A DNA stretch of 63,975 nt, the filler included, from Acidimicrobiia bacterium (GTDB taxonomy: Bacteria; Actinomycetota; Acidimicrobiia; Spongiisociales; SHLN01), in assembly GCA_041619515.1 (NCBI GenBank). It is 3 parts of 3 records of this genome, joined end to end, with 100 filler letters (N's around TTAATTAATTAA, not from the genome) between each part and the next. Parts side by side here need not be neighbours in the genome. Positions count along the whole stretch, not along the records: positions 30,354 to 60,002 come from JBFKDW010000032.1; positions 60,103 to 63,975 come from JBFKDW010000130.1; 1 more part is not named here. One strand, given 5' to 3'. A program made the translations under genes and the position numbers. How positions within the stretch are numbered: position 1 is the first letter of the stretch; each line of letters starts with the position of its first letter. This document shows, piece by piece, positions 51,785-62,138 of this stretch. The notes beneath the pieces were generated by a model that did no database searches, was not told the DNA's origin, and worked only from the letters and a program-made list of their open reading frames with translations.

Positions 51785-52612
51785 CTACTGCGAGCCAACC
51801 CCGGCGGTGTCGCTCACGATCCGGCCGTCGAGCAGATCGACCACCCTATCTGCCAGATCGATGAGGCCGGGATCGTGGGTTGCCACGATCGCGGTCACAC
51901 CCTCGCTGGCCACCAGCGCCTTGATCAGGTTCATGATCGAGCGCCCGGTCGCCGAGTCGAGCTGTCCGGTCGGCTCGTCGGCCAGGAGCAGCGGGGGATG
52001 GTTGGCCAGGGCGCGAGCGATCCCCACCCGCTGCTGTTCGCCACCCGAGAGCTCGTCGGGCCGATGCTGGGCGCGATCGGACAACCCGACGAGGTCGAGC
52101 AGCATGGCAACCCGGTCGTTGCGCTCCTTCACCTCTGCCTGCATCATCCGCAGCGGGATCTCGACGTTCTCCGCTGCAGTCAGTATGGGGATGAGGCCGA
52201 AGGCCTGGAACACGAAGCCGATCTTCTCCCGCCGCAGCTTCACCAGGTGCGATTCGTCCATGGTGGTGACGTCGCTGCCGTCAATTCGGACGCGACCGCC
52301 GGTGGGCCGATCGAGCCCGCCGATGAGGTTGAGCAATGTGGTCTTTCCGCTTCCCGACCGTCCGCGCACCGCCACCAGCCTGCCTCGCTCGATCTGCAGA
52401 TCGATGCCCTTCAGCGCTTCAACCGTGTGGACGGGCATTCGATAGTGGCGGGTCAAACCGTCGAGGTCGACGATGGGGCCGCCGACGGCGGGCCCCCGGC
52501 GGCGGGTCGGGACCGCCTCGGTGGCGGGCTCGCCGGTCACCTCCTCGCCGACGACGTACACGAGCTCGGTGTCCGGATCCCGCCGGCGTCCTCTGCCTCT
52601 CCGAGCGCTCAT
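51785..52612 (-). CDS. ABC ATP-binding protein (LolD/MacB-like)
   Basis: GRSGSGKTT, LSGGEQQR, LADEPTG. Confidence 0.93.
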   Translation of the reverse strand: MSARRGRGRRRDPDTELVYVVGEEVTGEPATEAVPTRRRGPAVGGPIVDLDGLTRHYRMPVHTVEALKGIDLQIERGRLVAVRGRSGSGKTTLLNLIGGLDRPTGGRVRIDGSDVTTMDESHLVKLRREKIGFVFQAFGLIPILTAAENVEIPLRMMQAEVKERNDRVAMLLDLVGLSDRAQHRPDELSGGEQQRVGIARALANHPPLLLADEPTGQLDSATGRSIMNLIKALVASEGVTAIVATHDPGLIDLADRVVDLLDGRIVSDTAGVGSQ

Positions 52613-53565
52613 TGGTCGCCGTCCTCCCGGTCGGTCCGGCGCGAAATGCGATCGGTGTCCGGCCACACGTTGGCGTGGTCGTCGTCCAGAGTGAGTCGGA
52701 CCCGGCGCTCGAGATGGAGCTGTTCGACGTAGTGCTCGGGCAGCTGCAACCGGCCGGCGCGATCGAGGATGACGAACTCCTCGGCCACTCCCGACCCGTC
52801 CCGCTGGGTTGCGCGCAGCGTCTCGGTGCTGGTGCGACCGTCGCGGATCGCAACGGTTCGGTTCACATGCTCGGTGACGAGCGGATCGTGGGTCACGACC
52901 ACGATGGTCACGCGCAGGTCGCGGTTGGCGGTTCGGAGGACCCGGAAGACCTCGTTCGAGGTCACGGTGTCGAGCTCCCCGGTCGGCTCGTCGGCCAGCA
53001 GCACCGATGGGGAGTTGGCCAGCGCCACGGCGATCGCTACCCGCTGCTGCTCACCGCCGGAGAGCTCGAAGGGCCGGTGCGTGATGCGCTCGCCGAGCCC
53101 AACCAATTCCAGGAGTTCCACGGCTCGACTGCGGCGATCGCCCGCGCCCTTCAGGATCATGGGCATCTCGACGTTCTCGACTGCGGAGAGATACGGGAAG
53201 AGGTTGCGAGCCGATTGCTGCCAGATGAACCCGATCGTGCTCCGGCGGTACTCGGTGCGCTCCCGGCCCGACATGGCCATGAGGTCATGGCCATCGACTA
53301 CGGCTTTGCCGGCCGACGGAGCATCGAGCCCGCCGAGGATGTTGAGCAACGTCGACTTGCCGCTGCCGGAAGCACCCACGATCGCCACCAGCTCGCCGGG
53401 ATCCACGAGCAAATCGAGGCCCTGGAGGGCGACCACTTGTAGGTCGCCGATCTCGTAGATCTTGACCAGGTTGTCACAGGCAATGACCGAGGTGCTGCCG
53501 TACGCGGCCCGATCGCGGCGGGCCGACTGCTGCTGCAGTTCCCAAAAGCTTTGCGCGTCGGTCAT
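52609..53565 (-). CDS. ABC ATP-binding protein with C-terminal AbrB-like extension
   Basis: GASGSGKST, LSGGEQQR; tail ILDRAGRLQLP. Confidence 0.9.
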   Translation of the reverse strand: MTDAQSFWELQQQSARRDRAAYGSTSVIACDNLVKIYEIGDLQVVALQGLDLLVDPGELVAIVGASGSGKSTLLNILGGLDAPSAGKAVVDGHDLMAMSGRERTEYRRSTIGFIWQQSARNLFPYLSAVENVEMPMILKGAGDRRSRAVELLELVGLGERITHRPFELSGGEQQRVAIAVALANSPSVLLADEPTGELDTVTSNEVFRVLRTANRDLRVTIVVVTHDPLVTEHVNRTVAIRDGRTSTETLRATQRDGSGVAEEFVILDRAGRLQLPEHYVEQLHLERRVRLTLDDDHANVWPDTDRISRRTDREDGDQ

Positions 53566-56378
53566 CCGCGGTCTCCAAGTCGCAGCACATCGCCGAGATT
53601 CAAGCGGCGGGCCCGGTAACTGTAGAGGGCGGTGGCGAGCAACAACGCCAGGAGCACGCCGCCCGCCACAGCCAGCACTGTCCCCCAGTCGACCAGGATG
53701 TGGTTTGTGGTTTCGCTTCCGGTGAAGGGGCTGAGGTCGAGTCCCGGCTGGATCAGCCGGGTGAGAACGATGGCAAAAGCCGCCCCGGCTCCGGTGGCAA
53801 TCACGGCCCAGGGAAGCTGCTCGAGCACCGTCAGGGCGGTCACCTGCGGTGTTGAAAGCCCCATGGTGCGGAGATAGCCGAGGTCCCTGGCCCGGTCGTG
53901 GGCGGTCAGTGCGATCGCCGCCAGCGCAGCCAGGACCGCCAGGCCGGTTGCCAGCACGACGCTGGAGCGATAGCCGCGGTCGACGGCCTTCACCAGTGGG
54001 CTCCCGGACAACTCCTCCAGGAGGCCGGCGCGAGACACCACCAGCGTGCCCACCGATTGACTGAGGACGGCCGACTCGATCGCCGGGCCGGCGTCCACGG
54101 TGGCCCGCACATACCTCCTCGTCGGCCGCAGGTCCCAGGGCGTTGACAGCGCATCCACGCTCGCACGGGGCACGACGATGAATGGTTCGCCGGGAGCGAA
54201 GCCCGGGAACCGGCTCCGCACGTCCCGCACGAGCAGGCGCACCTGCACCTGCCGGGGCCCTTCGACAAGGAGAATCTCTCCGGGAGCAGGTCGGCGGCCG
54301 GGCAGACCCGAGGAGACGACAGCGGGCACCGGCTCGTCGCCGCCGACCACCGGTAGAAGGATCGATTCGGGGAATTGGGCATCGGCTCCCGTCCCCGCAG
54401 TCACTTCCTGGTAGGCGGCAGTCTCCAGGACGACCATCGGCGCCCGCTCGCTCGATCCGACCTCGTCTCCCAGTCTGACCCGAACGACCGTGGAGTCGGC
54501 GGTTGCCTGCACCTGGGGCAGATCGGACAGTCCAAGCGAGGCAGGAAGCGGCACTCCGCTGCGGAGGGATTCGATCGCATAGTCGGCCCCCACCGACTGC
54601 CAGGTGAAGGCTTCCCGGTTTGCGGCGATCGAATCGACGAGCAACGCTCCGAAGATGGCGATGCCCACCGCCAGCAGCGTCACCGGCAGTGGGAGCTGGG
54701 CTGCGGGGGATTGGCGATCGAGCCGCCGCACCCCCACAAATGCCACCACGTCGCGCCGGGTGCGGCCAAGGCGGCCGGCCCCCCGCACCATGATCGGATA
54801 GAGGCGCAGCAGGGCGATCCCGAGGGCGAGCGCCAGCAGCACGGGAACTGCGGCAAGAAGCGGGTCGAACCCGCTGCCGTCGCCTGAGATCCCGCCTGCT
54901 TGCAGCCCGCGCAGCCGGAAAACCACCAGCCCGCCAACCGCCGCCGCTCCCAGGGTCGCCTCGACGACCAGTCTGCGTATCGGACGACTGCGATCCGGCG
55001 CGACGGTGCCGATGAGCTCGCCCAGGTTGCCACGCAATAGCGGCCGGCCGGGAGCGGTTGCGAGGGCCGCCACCCCGCCCACGCCCGCCAGCAAACCCGG
55101 GATCAAGAAGCTCGGCTCGCGTCCGTCCACCGTGAACCGCGCGGCCAGGTAACCGATGAGCGCCACCGGTAGGAACAGGAGGATGGCTTCCAACAAGCGG
55201 GCAGCGCCGAGCTGGCGGCTGGACCCTCCCCGGCTGCGGGCGAGGGTGATTTCGGCCCGGCGCCGGTGGGCGTTGAGCGCTCCGAGCAGGGCGATCACGG
55301 CCAAGGACAGGCTGAGCAGCCCGGCCTGAGTCACCGAGAGAATCGAGACGGTGAGCTCACGCTGCTGCTGGTAGCGGCTGAATATTCGCTCCAGGCCGGT
55401 CGTCAGCCGGGGCTCGTCGATGGCGGCCAGCGCTGGTGAGCCGAGCCGCAACTGGAGATCCTGCAAGCCGGCGCCGATCGCTTCGACGTCACTCGCATCG
55501 AACCGATCCGGATCGACGAAGAAGCGCCAGCTGTAGCCCCACAGCGCCGATCGGGTGAGCGTGAGCAGGCGCTCGTAGTCGGCGCCGCCCATCAACCCGG
55601 TGGCCGACACCACGATCGCATCCGGGTTGGCAGCATCGGCTTCCAGCGACGGCTGATGGATCCGCCGATCCGACATCCAGTACTCGGCATCGGGCTCGGT
55701 CGGCTCAACGATGCCGGAAACCTCGACGATCAGCCGGTAGGCGAGCTGACTCAAAGGAACACCTACCGTGAGCGGATCGCGGGCTTGTGGGCTGAGCACG
55801 GCCCGGTCGCCGACGCCGAGGCGCATCAGATCAGAGGTTGGTTGCGTGATGGCGACTTGGAACACCGGAACTTCGAGCGGTGGAGCACCCGGGAAGGTGA
55901 TCTCGACCGGTGCCGCCGGAGCAGGCAGCGCTCCGTCGATCAGCCGGATGTGCCGGTCGATGTCCTGTTGGTAGCGAAAGGTCAGCCGCCGAGCCGGGGG
56001 ATCGCCTCCCTCGTCGGGAAGCTTCGAGACGTCGAACGTCTGGGAGTCCACGACGTACTGGTACGTGCCGATGATTTGCTCGACCGGGGGGGAGAGCTGC
56101 GCAGCGAGCTCGGCGGCCCGCTGCTCGACTCCGCCGAACGGATCCTCGGCCCCGGCGGAGATTCGCATTCCCTGCTCGATGATGATGTTGCGGGCCAGGG
56201 GCCGGGCGCTCGTGACGGCTGTCGCGAGCGCTTCGTCCGAGACCGAATTGAAGAAGCGGGGGGTGGCGGTCGCCCAGAACGCGGCCAGCAGCACAACGCC
56301 GGCCAAGACCCACGGGGCTGCGCCATCGCGGCGGAGCCGGCGCAGGTTGAGCCGGGTGATGGCGAGCAGAGCGGCCAT
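53562..56378 (-). CDS. Large FtsX/MacB-like ABC permease
   Basis: Multiple TMs, EITLARSRGGS, DLGYLRTMGLS, large extracytoplasmic domains. Confidence 0.88.
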   Translation of the reverse strand: MAALLAITRLNLRRLRRDGAAPWVLAGVVLLAAFWATATPRFFNSVSDEALATAVTSARPLARNIIIEQGMRISAGAEDPFGGVEQRAAELAAQLSPPVEQIIGTYQYVVDSQTFDVSKLPDEGGDPPARRLTFRYQQDIDRHIRLIDGALPAPAAPVEITFPGAPPLEVPVFQVAITQPTSDLMRLGVGDRAVLSPQARDPLTVGVPLSQLAYRLIVEVSGIVEPTEPDAEYWMSDRRIHQPSLEADAANPDAIVVSATGLMGGADYERLLTLTRSALWGYSWRFFVDPDRFDASDVEAIGAGLQDLQLRLGSPALAAIDEPRLTTGLERIFSRYQQQRELTVSILSVTQAGLLSLSLAVIALLGALNAHRRRAEITLARSRGGSSRQLGAARLLEAILLFLPVALIGYLAARFTVDGREPSFLIPGLLAGVGGVAALATAPGRPLLRGNLGELIGTVAPDRSRPIRRLVVEATLGAAAVGGLVVFRLRGLQAGGISGDGSGFDPLLAAVPVLLALALGIALLRLYPIMVRGAGRLGRTRRDVVAFVGVRRLDRQSPAAQLPLPVTLLAVGIAIFGALLVDSIAANREAFTWQSVGADYAIESLRSGVPLPASLGLSDLPQVQATADSTVVRVRLGDEVGSSERAPMVVLETAAYQEVTAGTGADAQFPESILLPVVGGDEPVPAVVSSGLPGRRPAPGEILLVEGPRQVQVRLLVRDVRSRFPGFAPGEPFIVVPRASVDALSTPWDLRPTRRYVRATVDAGPAIESAVLSQSVGTLVVSRAGLLEELSGSPLVKAVDRGYRSSVVLATGLAVLAALAAIALTAHDRARDLGYLRTMGLSTPQVTALTVLEQLPWAVIATGAGAAFAIVLTRLIQPGLDLSPFTGSETTNHILVDWGTVLAVAGGVLLALLLATALYSYRARRLNLGDVLRLGDRG

Positions 56379-56380
56379 CG

Positions 56381-59300
56381 CTACACCCCACCCACCCGGA
56401 GAATTGCCTCCAGTCCCGAGCGCTTGAGGACCGCGCTGAGGACTGCCACGGCGACCATGAGAACCATCACCACCCCGAGCTCGAACCACAGAACTGTTCG
56501 CCACGGGTACACGACGATGACGGCTGGAACCGCCGCGGTGGCATCCTGCGCCAGAGCCGTCAGGGGCAGGATCAGCCAAATGAGCAGGGAGCCGAGGGCG
56601 GTGCCCGCCAGCAGCCCGAACCCGACGAGCACGACGTTCTCGAGCGAGAGCCAGCCGACTAACTGCCTGCTGGAGAGCCCGGCCGCCCGCAGCAGCGCGA
56701 ACTCGGCCAGCCGCTCTCGAGCCGAGACCGCCGCGTTGACCGCGAACCCCACCCCGGTGAGGACGGCGGTGGCAACGAAGCCCAGGAACAGAGACCCGAT
56801 GGTGCCTCGCGCCACGGGGTCGGACTCGTAGGTCGCCTGCTGCTCGGCGCGGCTGACCACACCGGCACCGGTGAAGGGTGCCTCCGCCAGCTGGGCGGTG
56901 GCTGCGGCCAGCGAGACATCCGCCACGCTGAGCCAGACCTCGTCAGGGGAGGGGATGCTGATCCCGGGGCGGTAGCGGGCGGCCATGTACGTCTGGTAGT
57001 CGAGAACGATCGGCTCACCATCCTGGGGGTCGATCGTCGGGAAATCACTCACCGTCCCCGTGATCACCCCGCGGCCATCCAGCCCGGGCAGATCGAGTGG
57101 GATCTCGTCTCCGACTCCGAGACCGAGCTCGTCTGCCAGTTCGGACGACACGATGACGGGAATCGGTCCCTGTGCCTGGTTTCCCTTCGGAAGGATTCCG
57201 AAGAAGACCGGCACTGCCCCCTCGGCCGGGGTGGAGCCGGACATGATGTCGAGAACCAGACGGTCGGCTGGGTCGGCGATGAGCGAGGCCGTTGGACGCT
57301 CGATGGTGACTCGCGGCTCGGCGACGGAGGTGACCCAATCCGCACGGCCGGGTACCGACAGCTCCTGCTCGGTTCCGTCGGCGTCGAGCACAGCGATCCG
57401 ATTGATGGTCAGCGTCGCCCGGCGGACGACAAAGCGGGGGAGAGCAGAACGCACCTCCAAAGCGGCGATGGAGAGGGGGTAGCTCGGCTGGAGAACGAGG
57501 CCGCGGTCGATCCGGTGATCCAGCTCGGCCACCATTCGCATGCCGGCGCCGGTCTGTTCGATGCCCCCGAAATCAATGCGAAACAGATGCCCGTTGCCGT
57601 CGAGGATCACGGCTCGCAGGCCGGCGGGCAGCTCCAAGCGCTCATCGGGGACGTTGGGCGGCGCGATGAAATCATCGGCCAGAGGCTCCACCTGAAGCCC
57701 CACGTCGATTGCGAGACCGGCCGGCTCACCCGGAAGGGCTACGGCGGCGGGCTGCGTGCGGGCTCGCGACAGCGGGGCCATGAGGTCGGCCAAACCGATG
57801 TCGGACAGGTCGGGGCGAAATGCAGCGACGTCAGGCGCCCGGGCGGCGTCGAGGATCAGATAGCGAACCGTCGAAGGTGAGCGGGCCAGCCTGCCTCTTT
57901 CTCGCAGCACAGGTGTTGCCGCTCGCAGGCCCTCCAGCTGCTCGTAGGCATCGTCCAGGACCCTGGCGGGGAAGTCGGCATCGAACCGGCGATTGCGATC
58001 GTGGCGGATATCGGCGCCGACGTCGTATGCCGCCCGATCCGATTGCGACGCTTGCCAGGTGCCTGCGTAGCCGACCGTGAAGGATCCAATCGCCACCGCC
58101 ATCGTGAGAAACAAGGCGATGCGGGCGTACCTGTGGGGCCGGCGTGCCACTTGCCACGCTCCGAGCACCGGCACCAGCCGGCGACTGGCCGACATCACCG
58201 ATTCGGCCGTTTGTGTCAGGAGCGGGAGGGTGCGGAGCGCCACCATCCCCCCCGCCAGCAGCCCGAGGGCGGGGGCGGCCACCAGGAGCGGGTCGATGCC
58301 GAGGCCGCCTTCGATGGTCTCGGTGATGGGAGCGCCGTAGCGTCGCAGCTGCCAGAGCGCGACTGCGGCCACTGCGAGCAGGACGCCGTCCAGCCGGGCC
58401 CGCTGGGCGAGCCCGCGGCTCTGCTGGCGCGAGCGGCGGGCGCGTACGGTTCCAAAGGCGCGGGCGGCCCGAAATGACGGGGCGGTCAGCGCAACGAGAC
58501 AGCCAACCCCCACGAGACCGGCGACGACGTAACTGACGGCAGTCGGCTGCGGGGCGATATTCAGCTCGATGTCGGCCAGCGGGCCTGCATAGTTGAACCC
58601 TCGTAGCGCCAGAGCGGCCAGGCTGGGGGCGGCTGCGGCTGCGACGGAGATGAGCACGACCCCTTCCATGAGCGCAAGCGACAAGACCTGGCGGCTCCCG
58701 GCTCCGCGCGACCGCAGCAGCTCGATCTCGACCTGACGGGTCTCGGACAGCAGTCCGGCGGTCAGCAGAAGGGCATATCCGGCGAACAGTGAGAATTGCA
58801 GGGTGATGATCAGCATCGTTGAGCGAGTCACCAACAGGGAACGCTGGGTGTCACCGAGGATGTCGACGAGGTCGGTCGTCACCAGCATCTGGTTACCGGC
58901 CTCGCGGCCGACGTTGAGCTGGCCCTCCAGCCCCTGCAGACGGCCGCGCACCTCACCGATGTCACCGACCGTGAGGTTGGCGTGGACCGGATACACCCGC
59001 CAGTCGAGTTTTGCTCCCGTCGGAGCCGCCGAGGCAAAGAAGCTCTCGACGGGGATCACGAACGGCCCGTAGGTCGTGAACGAGGTCCCCTCCGAGATTC
59101 CGGCCAGGTCGAGCTCGTCGCCGAACCAGAACGGGTCGCCGGCATCGTCGACCTCGTAGATGCCTGCGATTGCGATCGAGATCTCGGTGGTGCCGTCCCG
59201 GCGGCTGAGCAGCCTCAGCTCGTCGCCCAGGCCAAGCCCGAGCGCCTCGGAGGCCGGTCGGGGGAGGGCGACTCCGTGAGGCGGGCCGGATGCCGTCGGC

Positions 59301-59722
59301 CAGGACCCGTCGACGATGGTGGCGTGCTCCTCGATGCCTTCGAGGTAGCGGAACACTGCCAAATCGGTCACCGCCGCCCCCGGAGCGACCGGTAACGAGT
59401 AGGAATCCGAGGTACCTCTCCGCGTGCCGTCGTAGCCGGTGATCGAAAACGTGCGCTCGAGCTGTTCGACGACAACGGCGTCGGTTTCGGCAAACGTGGC
59501 AGCGGTGACCCTGGTCGAGACCGAAACGTTGGCCGCCGCCACCTCCGCATCGTCCAGTGTTGCCTGCAGCGCGCTCAGCGTGACCGCATCGGCGTAGATG
59601 GGGCCAGAGGCAACCAGCATCGTGGCCAGGACGATGGTCAAAGCTGCTGCCAGGAGAATCATGCGGTCCGAGAGGGCTCGCCGGACTACGACATGCCAGG
59701 CGGTGGAGAGCATGGACCACAT
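56381..59722 (-). CDS. Large FtsX/MacB-like ABC permease
   Basis: EIELLRSRGAG, EFALLRAAGLS, multiple TMs. Confidence 0.88.
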   Translation of the reverse strand: MWSMLSTAWHVVVRRALSDRMILLAAALTIVLATMLVASGPIYADAVTLSALQATLDDAEVAAANVSVSTRVTAATFAETDAVVVEQLERTFSITGYDGTRRGTSDSYSLPVAPGAAVTDLAVFRYLEGIEEHATIVDGSWPTASGPPHGVALPRPASEALGLGLGDELRLLSRRDGTTEISIAIAGIYEVDDAGDPFWFGDELDLAGISEGTSFTTYGPFVIPVESFFASAAPTGAKLDWRVYPVHANLTVGDIGEVRGRLQGLEGQLNVGREAGNQMLVTTDLVDILGDTQRSLLVTRSTMLIITLQFSLFAGYALLLTAGLLSETRQVEIELLRSRGAGSRQVLSLALMEGVVLISVAAAAAPSLAALALRGFNYAGPLADIELNIAPQPTAVSYVVAGLVGVGCLVALTAPSFRAARAFGTVRARRSRQQSRGLAQRARLDGVLLAVAAVALWQLRRYGAPITETIEGGLGIDPLLVAAPALGLLAGGMVALRTLPLLTQTAESVMSASRRLVPVLGAWQVARRPHRYARIALFLTMAVAIGSFTVGYAGTWQASQSDRAAYDVGADIRHDRNRRFDADFPARVLDDAYEQLEGLRAATPVLRERGRLARSPSTVRYLILDAARAPDVAAFRPDLSDIGLADLMAPLSRARTQPAAVALPGEPAGLAIDVGLQVEPLADDFIAPPNVPDERLELPAGLRAVILDGNGHLFRIDFGGIEQTGAGMRMVAELDHRIDRGLVLQPSYPLSIAALEVRSALPRFVVRRATLTINRIAVLDADGTEQELSVPGRADWVTSVAEPRVTIERPTASLIADPADRLVLDIMSGSTPAEGAVPVFFGILPKGNQAQGPIPVIVSSELADELGLGVGDEIPLDLPGLDGRGVITGTVSDFPTIDPQDGEPIVLDYQTYMAARYRPGISIPSPDEVWLSVADVSLAAATAQLAEAPFTGAGVVSRAEQQATYESDPVARGTIGSLFLGFVATAVLTGVGFAVNAAVSARERLAEFALLRAAGLSSRQLVGWLSLENVVLVGFGLLAGTALGSLLIWLILPLTALAQDATAAVPAVIVVYPWRTVLWFELGVVMVLMVAVAVLSAVLKRSGLEAILRVGGV

Positions 59723-59827
59723 GTAGCCGCGAGGCTACCGCCCTCGCCCAGGTGAATAGGCCGGCACAACCGCTGGGGGAAAGCATCGAATCCGCCCTAG
59801 ACTGATGGAACACATCACCCGATCAGG

Positions 59828-60002
59828 ATGTTGACTCCACCAGTGAATGAACCAACGCTCGCGCCCGACGCCTCCGAGGCGATGCCAACCGATGGTCCCG
59901 GCGCGTCCTCCGACGCGCCGCCCGAGCCCGGTGCGGTGCCGGCTTCACCGGTCGACATGGAAGCGCTGCTCGAGACGATCGAGTACATCCGCCCGGCGCT
60001 GC
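59828..60002 (+). CDS. Probable NifU/NfuA-domain protein, 5' fragment
   Basis: Ends at the contig edge in LETIEYIRPAL, resembling the start of NifU C-terminal domains. Confidence 0.5.
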
Positions 60003-60102
60003 NNNNNNNNNNNNNNNNNNNNNNNNNNNNNNNNNNNNNNNNNNNNTTAATTAATTAANNNNNNNNNNNNNNNNNNNNNNNNNNNNNNNNNNNNNNNNNN
60101 NN
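60003..60102. other. Artificial contig linker
   Basis: N-run + TTAATTAATTAA + N-run. Confidence 0.98.
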
Positions 60103-60334
60103 ACGCCGGAAGACCCGCCTCGATCCGGTGGACGCCGGCATCGGAAAGCGCTTCGGCGATGCGGATCTTGTCATCGGTGCTGAATTCGACCCCCGCCTGC
60201 TGTTCGCCATCGCGGAGGGTGGCGTCGTGCAGTTGGAGATTGGGTGAGATCTCGAAGTTCTCGGTGATCTCGGGAAGGAAGTTCCACGGACTCGAGAACC
60301 ATTTCTCGGATCGCCACGGTTCGTGCTCGGACAT
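60103..60334 (-). CDS. DRE-TIM metallolyase (LeuA/homocitrate synthase/HMGL-like), 5' fragment
   Basis: HDATLRDGEQQAGVEF...KIRIAEAL...GVHRIEAG; GAGGAGG RBS. Confidence 0.85.
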
Positions 60335-60415
60335 GTCGTCCTCCTCGTCTGCGACGGCCCGGCCTCCGAAAAGTGCACTGTTTTGCGGGCCCTCACGCCC
60401 ATCCGATACTATGAG

Positions 60416-60433
60416 TGCATTGTACACAATGCA
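60416..60433. promoter_or_regulatory. Palindromic operator, probably GntR/FadR-type
   Basis: TGCATTGT-AC-ACAATGCA perfect inverted repeat between divergent genes. Confidence 0.6.
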
Positions 60434-60462
60434 AGGCCGCCACCTTCGAGAGAGGACGACAG

Positions 60463-61410
60463 ATGGGGACGTTCAAGGTCGTCATCACCGACCAGGTGTT
60501 TCCAACCATCGACATAGAGACTGCCGTACTTGCTGAAATCTGCGCCACGCTCGAGGTGGCGGACGGCACCCTCGAGGACGTCCTTGCCCGGGGAACGAAC
60601 GCCGACGCCCTCCTGACCACCTACTTCCCCATCACCGCCGACACCGTCCAACGGCTCGAGAACTGCAGGATCATCGCCCGCTACGGCATCGGCGTCGACA
60701 ACGTCGACATCGCCGCCGCCAACGCCGCCGGGATCGTGGTCACCAACGTGCCTGATTACAGCGTCGAGGAGGTGTCGGCGCACGCCCTCGCGATGCTGCT
60801 CAGCCTGTTGCGGCGGCTGCCGCAAGCCGACGCGTTCGTGCGGAGTGGCGGCTGGAGCATCGACTCACTCCGCCCCATCCGGCGCCTGTCGACCCTCACC
60901 GCCGGACTGGTGGGCTACGGCCGGATCTCACGGCGGCTTGCCGAGTCGCTCACGACGCTCGGGATGACCATCGTGTGCCACGACCCGTATCTGGAGCCTG
61001 CCGAAGGGATTCCCCCGCTCCTGACGCTCGAGGAGCTGCTCCGCATCTCCGACGTCGTCTCACTCCACGCGCCGCTCACGCCCGACACGCGGGGGATGAT
61101 CGGCGCCGCCGAGCTGGCACTGATGCCGAAGCATGCGGTCCTGCTGAACACCTCCCGCGGCCCCCTCGTCGTGCTCGACGACCTCCTCGACGCCTTGCGC
61201 TCCGGAGAGATTCAGGCGGCGGCGCTCGACGTGTTCGAACAGGAGCCGCTCGATGCCGGCCGGCTCACGGGGGTCCCCGGACTGATGGTCAGCCCCCATA
61301 TGGCCTACTACTCCGAGGAAGCCCTCCAGGAGTCCCAGCGCAAAGCATCAACCCAGATCGTTAAGGTCTTGACCGGCGAGCCTCCCGACTATCCGGTGCG
61401 TCCGCTCTGA
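60463..61410 (+). CDS. D-2-hydroxyacid dehydrogenase (CtBP/SerA-like)
   Basis: RYGIGVDNVD, GLVGYGRI, LHAPLT, NTSRG, LDVFEQEP, SPHMAY. Confidence 0.92.
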   Translation: MGTFKVVITDQVFPTIDIETAVLAEICATLEVADGTLEDVLARGTNADALLTTYFPITADTVQRLENCRIIARYGIGVDNVDIAAANAAGIVVTNVPDYSVEEVSAHALAMLLSLLRRLPQADAFVRSGGWSIDSLRPIRRLSTLTAGLVGYGRISRRLAESLTTLGMTIVCHDPYLEPAEGIPPLLTLEELLRISDVVSLHAPLTPDTRGMIGAAELALMPKHAVLLNTSRGPLVVLDDLLDALRSGEIQAAALDVFEQEPLDAGRLTGVPGLMVSPHMAYYSEEALQESQRKASTQIVKVLTGEPPDYPVRPL

Positions 61411-62084
61411 TCGGGTCCAGCCTCCTCGCGTAGCTGGACCTCGCCGATCTCGAGGGTGTGGCGCAAGTGGAGCAGTTCCACCTCCTGGGCCCGGGCGACA
61501 TCGCCTGCCGCGATCGCCTCGATGAGCAGGCGGTGCTCCCGATTGCCGGCCTGGATGCGCTCGGGCAGGCCCTCGATCGACCGCACGATGTAGAGAGCAG
61601 AGATATTGCGTAGTCCGGTGAGCAAGCCCGAGAGACGGGCCCGGCCCGAGGCTTCCGCCAGCAGCGAATGAAAACGAGCGTTGAGCTCGGTCCAGGTGGC
61701 CGGGTCGGCTTCGGCTTCCATGGCCTCTATGAAACGGCGGGCTTCGTTGAGGTCCTCCTCGGTGATGCGGGCGACGGTCGCCTCCATTGCGAGCGGCTCG
61801 AGCCGCAGCCGGATCTCGTAGATCTCCTCCAGCTCCTGCAGGCTGATCTCGTGCACGGTGACGCCCCGGTGCGGGTCTCCGTCCAGGAGCCCCTCGGCTA
61901 CCAGCTGGCGGAGCGCCTCACGCACCGGCGTCGTCGAGATGGCATAACGTTCGGCCACCTCGCTCTGGAGGAGGCGGGTGCGCGGCGGCAGCCGCCCCGC
62001 CAGGATTTCGGTGCGGAGCATTTCGACCACGGCCGCCTGGGCAGTCCGAAAGCCGGCCGGACCGGAGCGCTGAGTTGACACCAT
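61389..62084 (-). CDS. GntR/FadR (FCD) transcriptional regulator
   Basis: ISTTPVREALRQL wHTH; NARFHSLL, EHRLLIEAI. Confidence 0.93.
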   Translation of the reverse strand: MVSTQRSGPAGFRTAQAAVVEMLRTEILAGRLPPRTRLLQSEVAERYAISTTPVREALRQLVAEGLLDGDPHRGVTVHEISLQELEEIYEIRLRLEPLAMEATVARITEEDLNEARRFIEAMEAEADPATWTELNARFHSLLAEASGRARLSGLLTGLRNISALYIVRSIEGLPERIQAGNREHRLLIEAIAAGDVARAQEVELLHLRHTLEIGEVQLREEAGPDQSGRTG

Positions 62085-62092
62085 GTCCCTCC

Positions 62093-62113
62093 GATCGTGC
62101 ACAGTACACGATC
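62093..62113. promoter_or_regulatory. Candidate GntR autoregulatory operator
   Basis: GATCGTG-N7-CACGATC; core TGCACAGTACACGAT is 12/15 identical to 60416-60430. Confidence 0.5.
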
Positions 62114-62138
62114 CGACGGATCACGAGACCCGGGGGCC

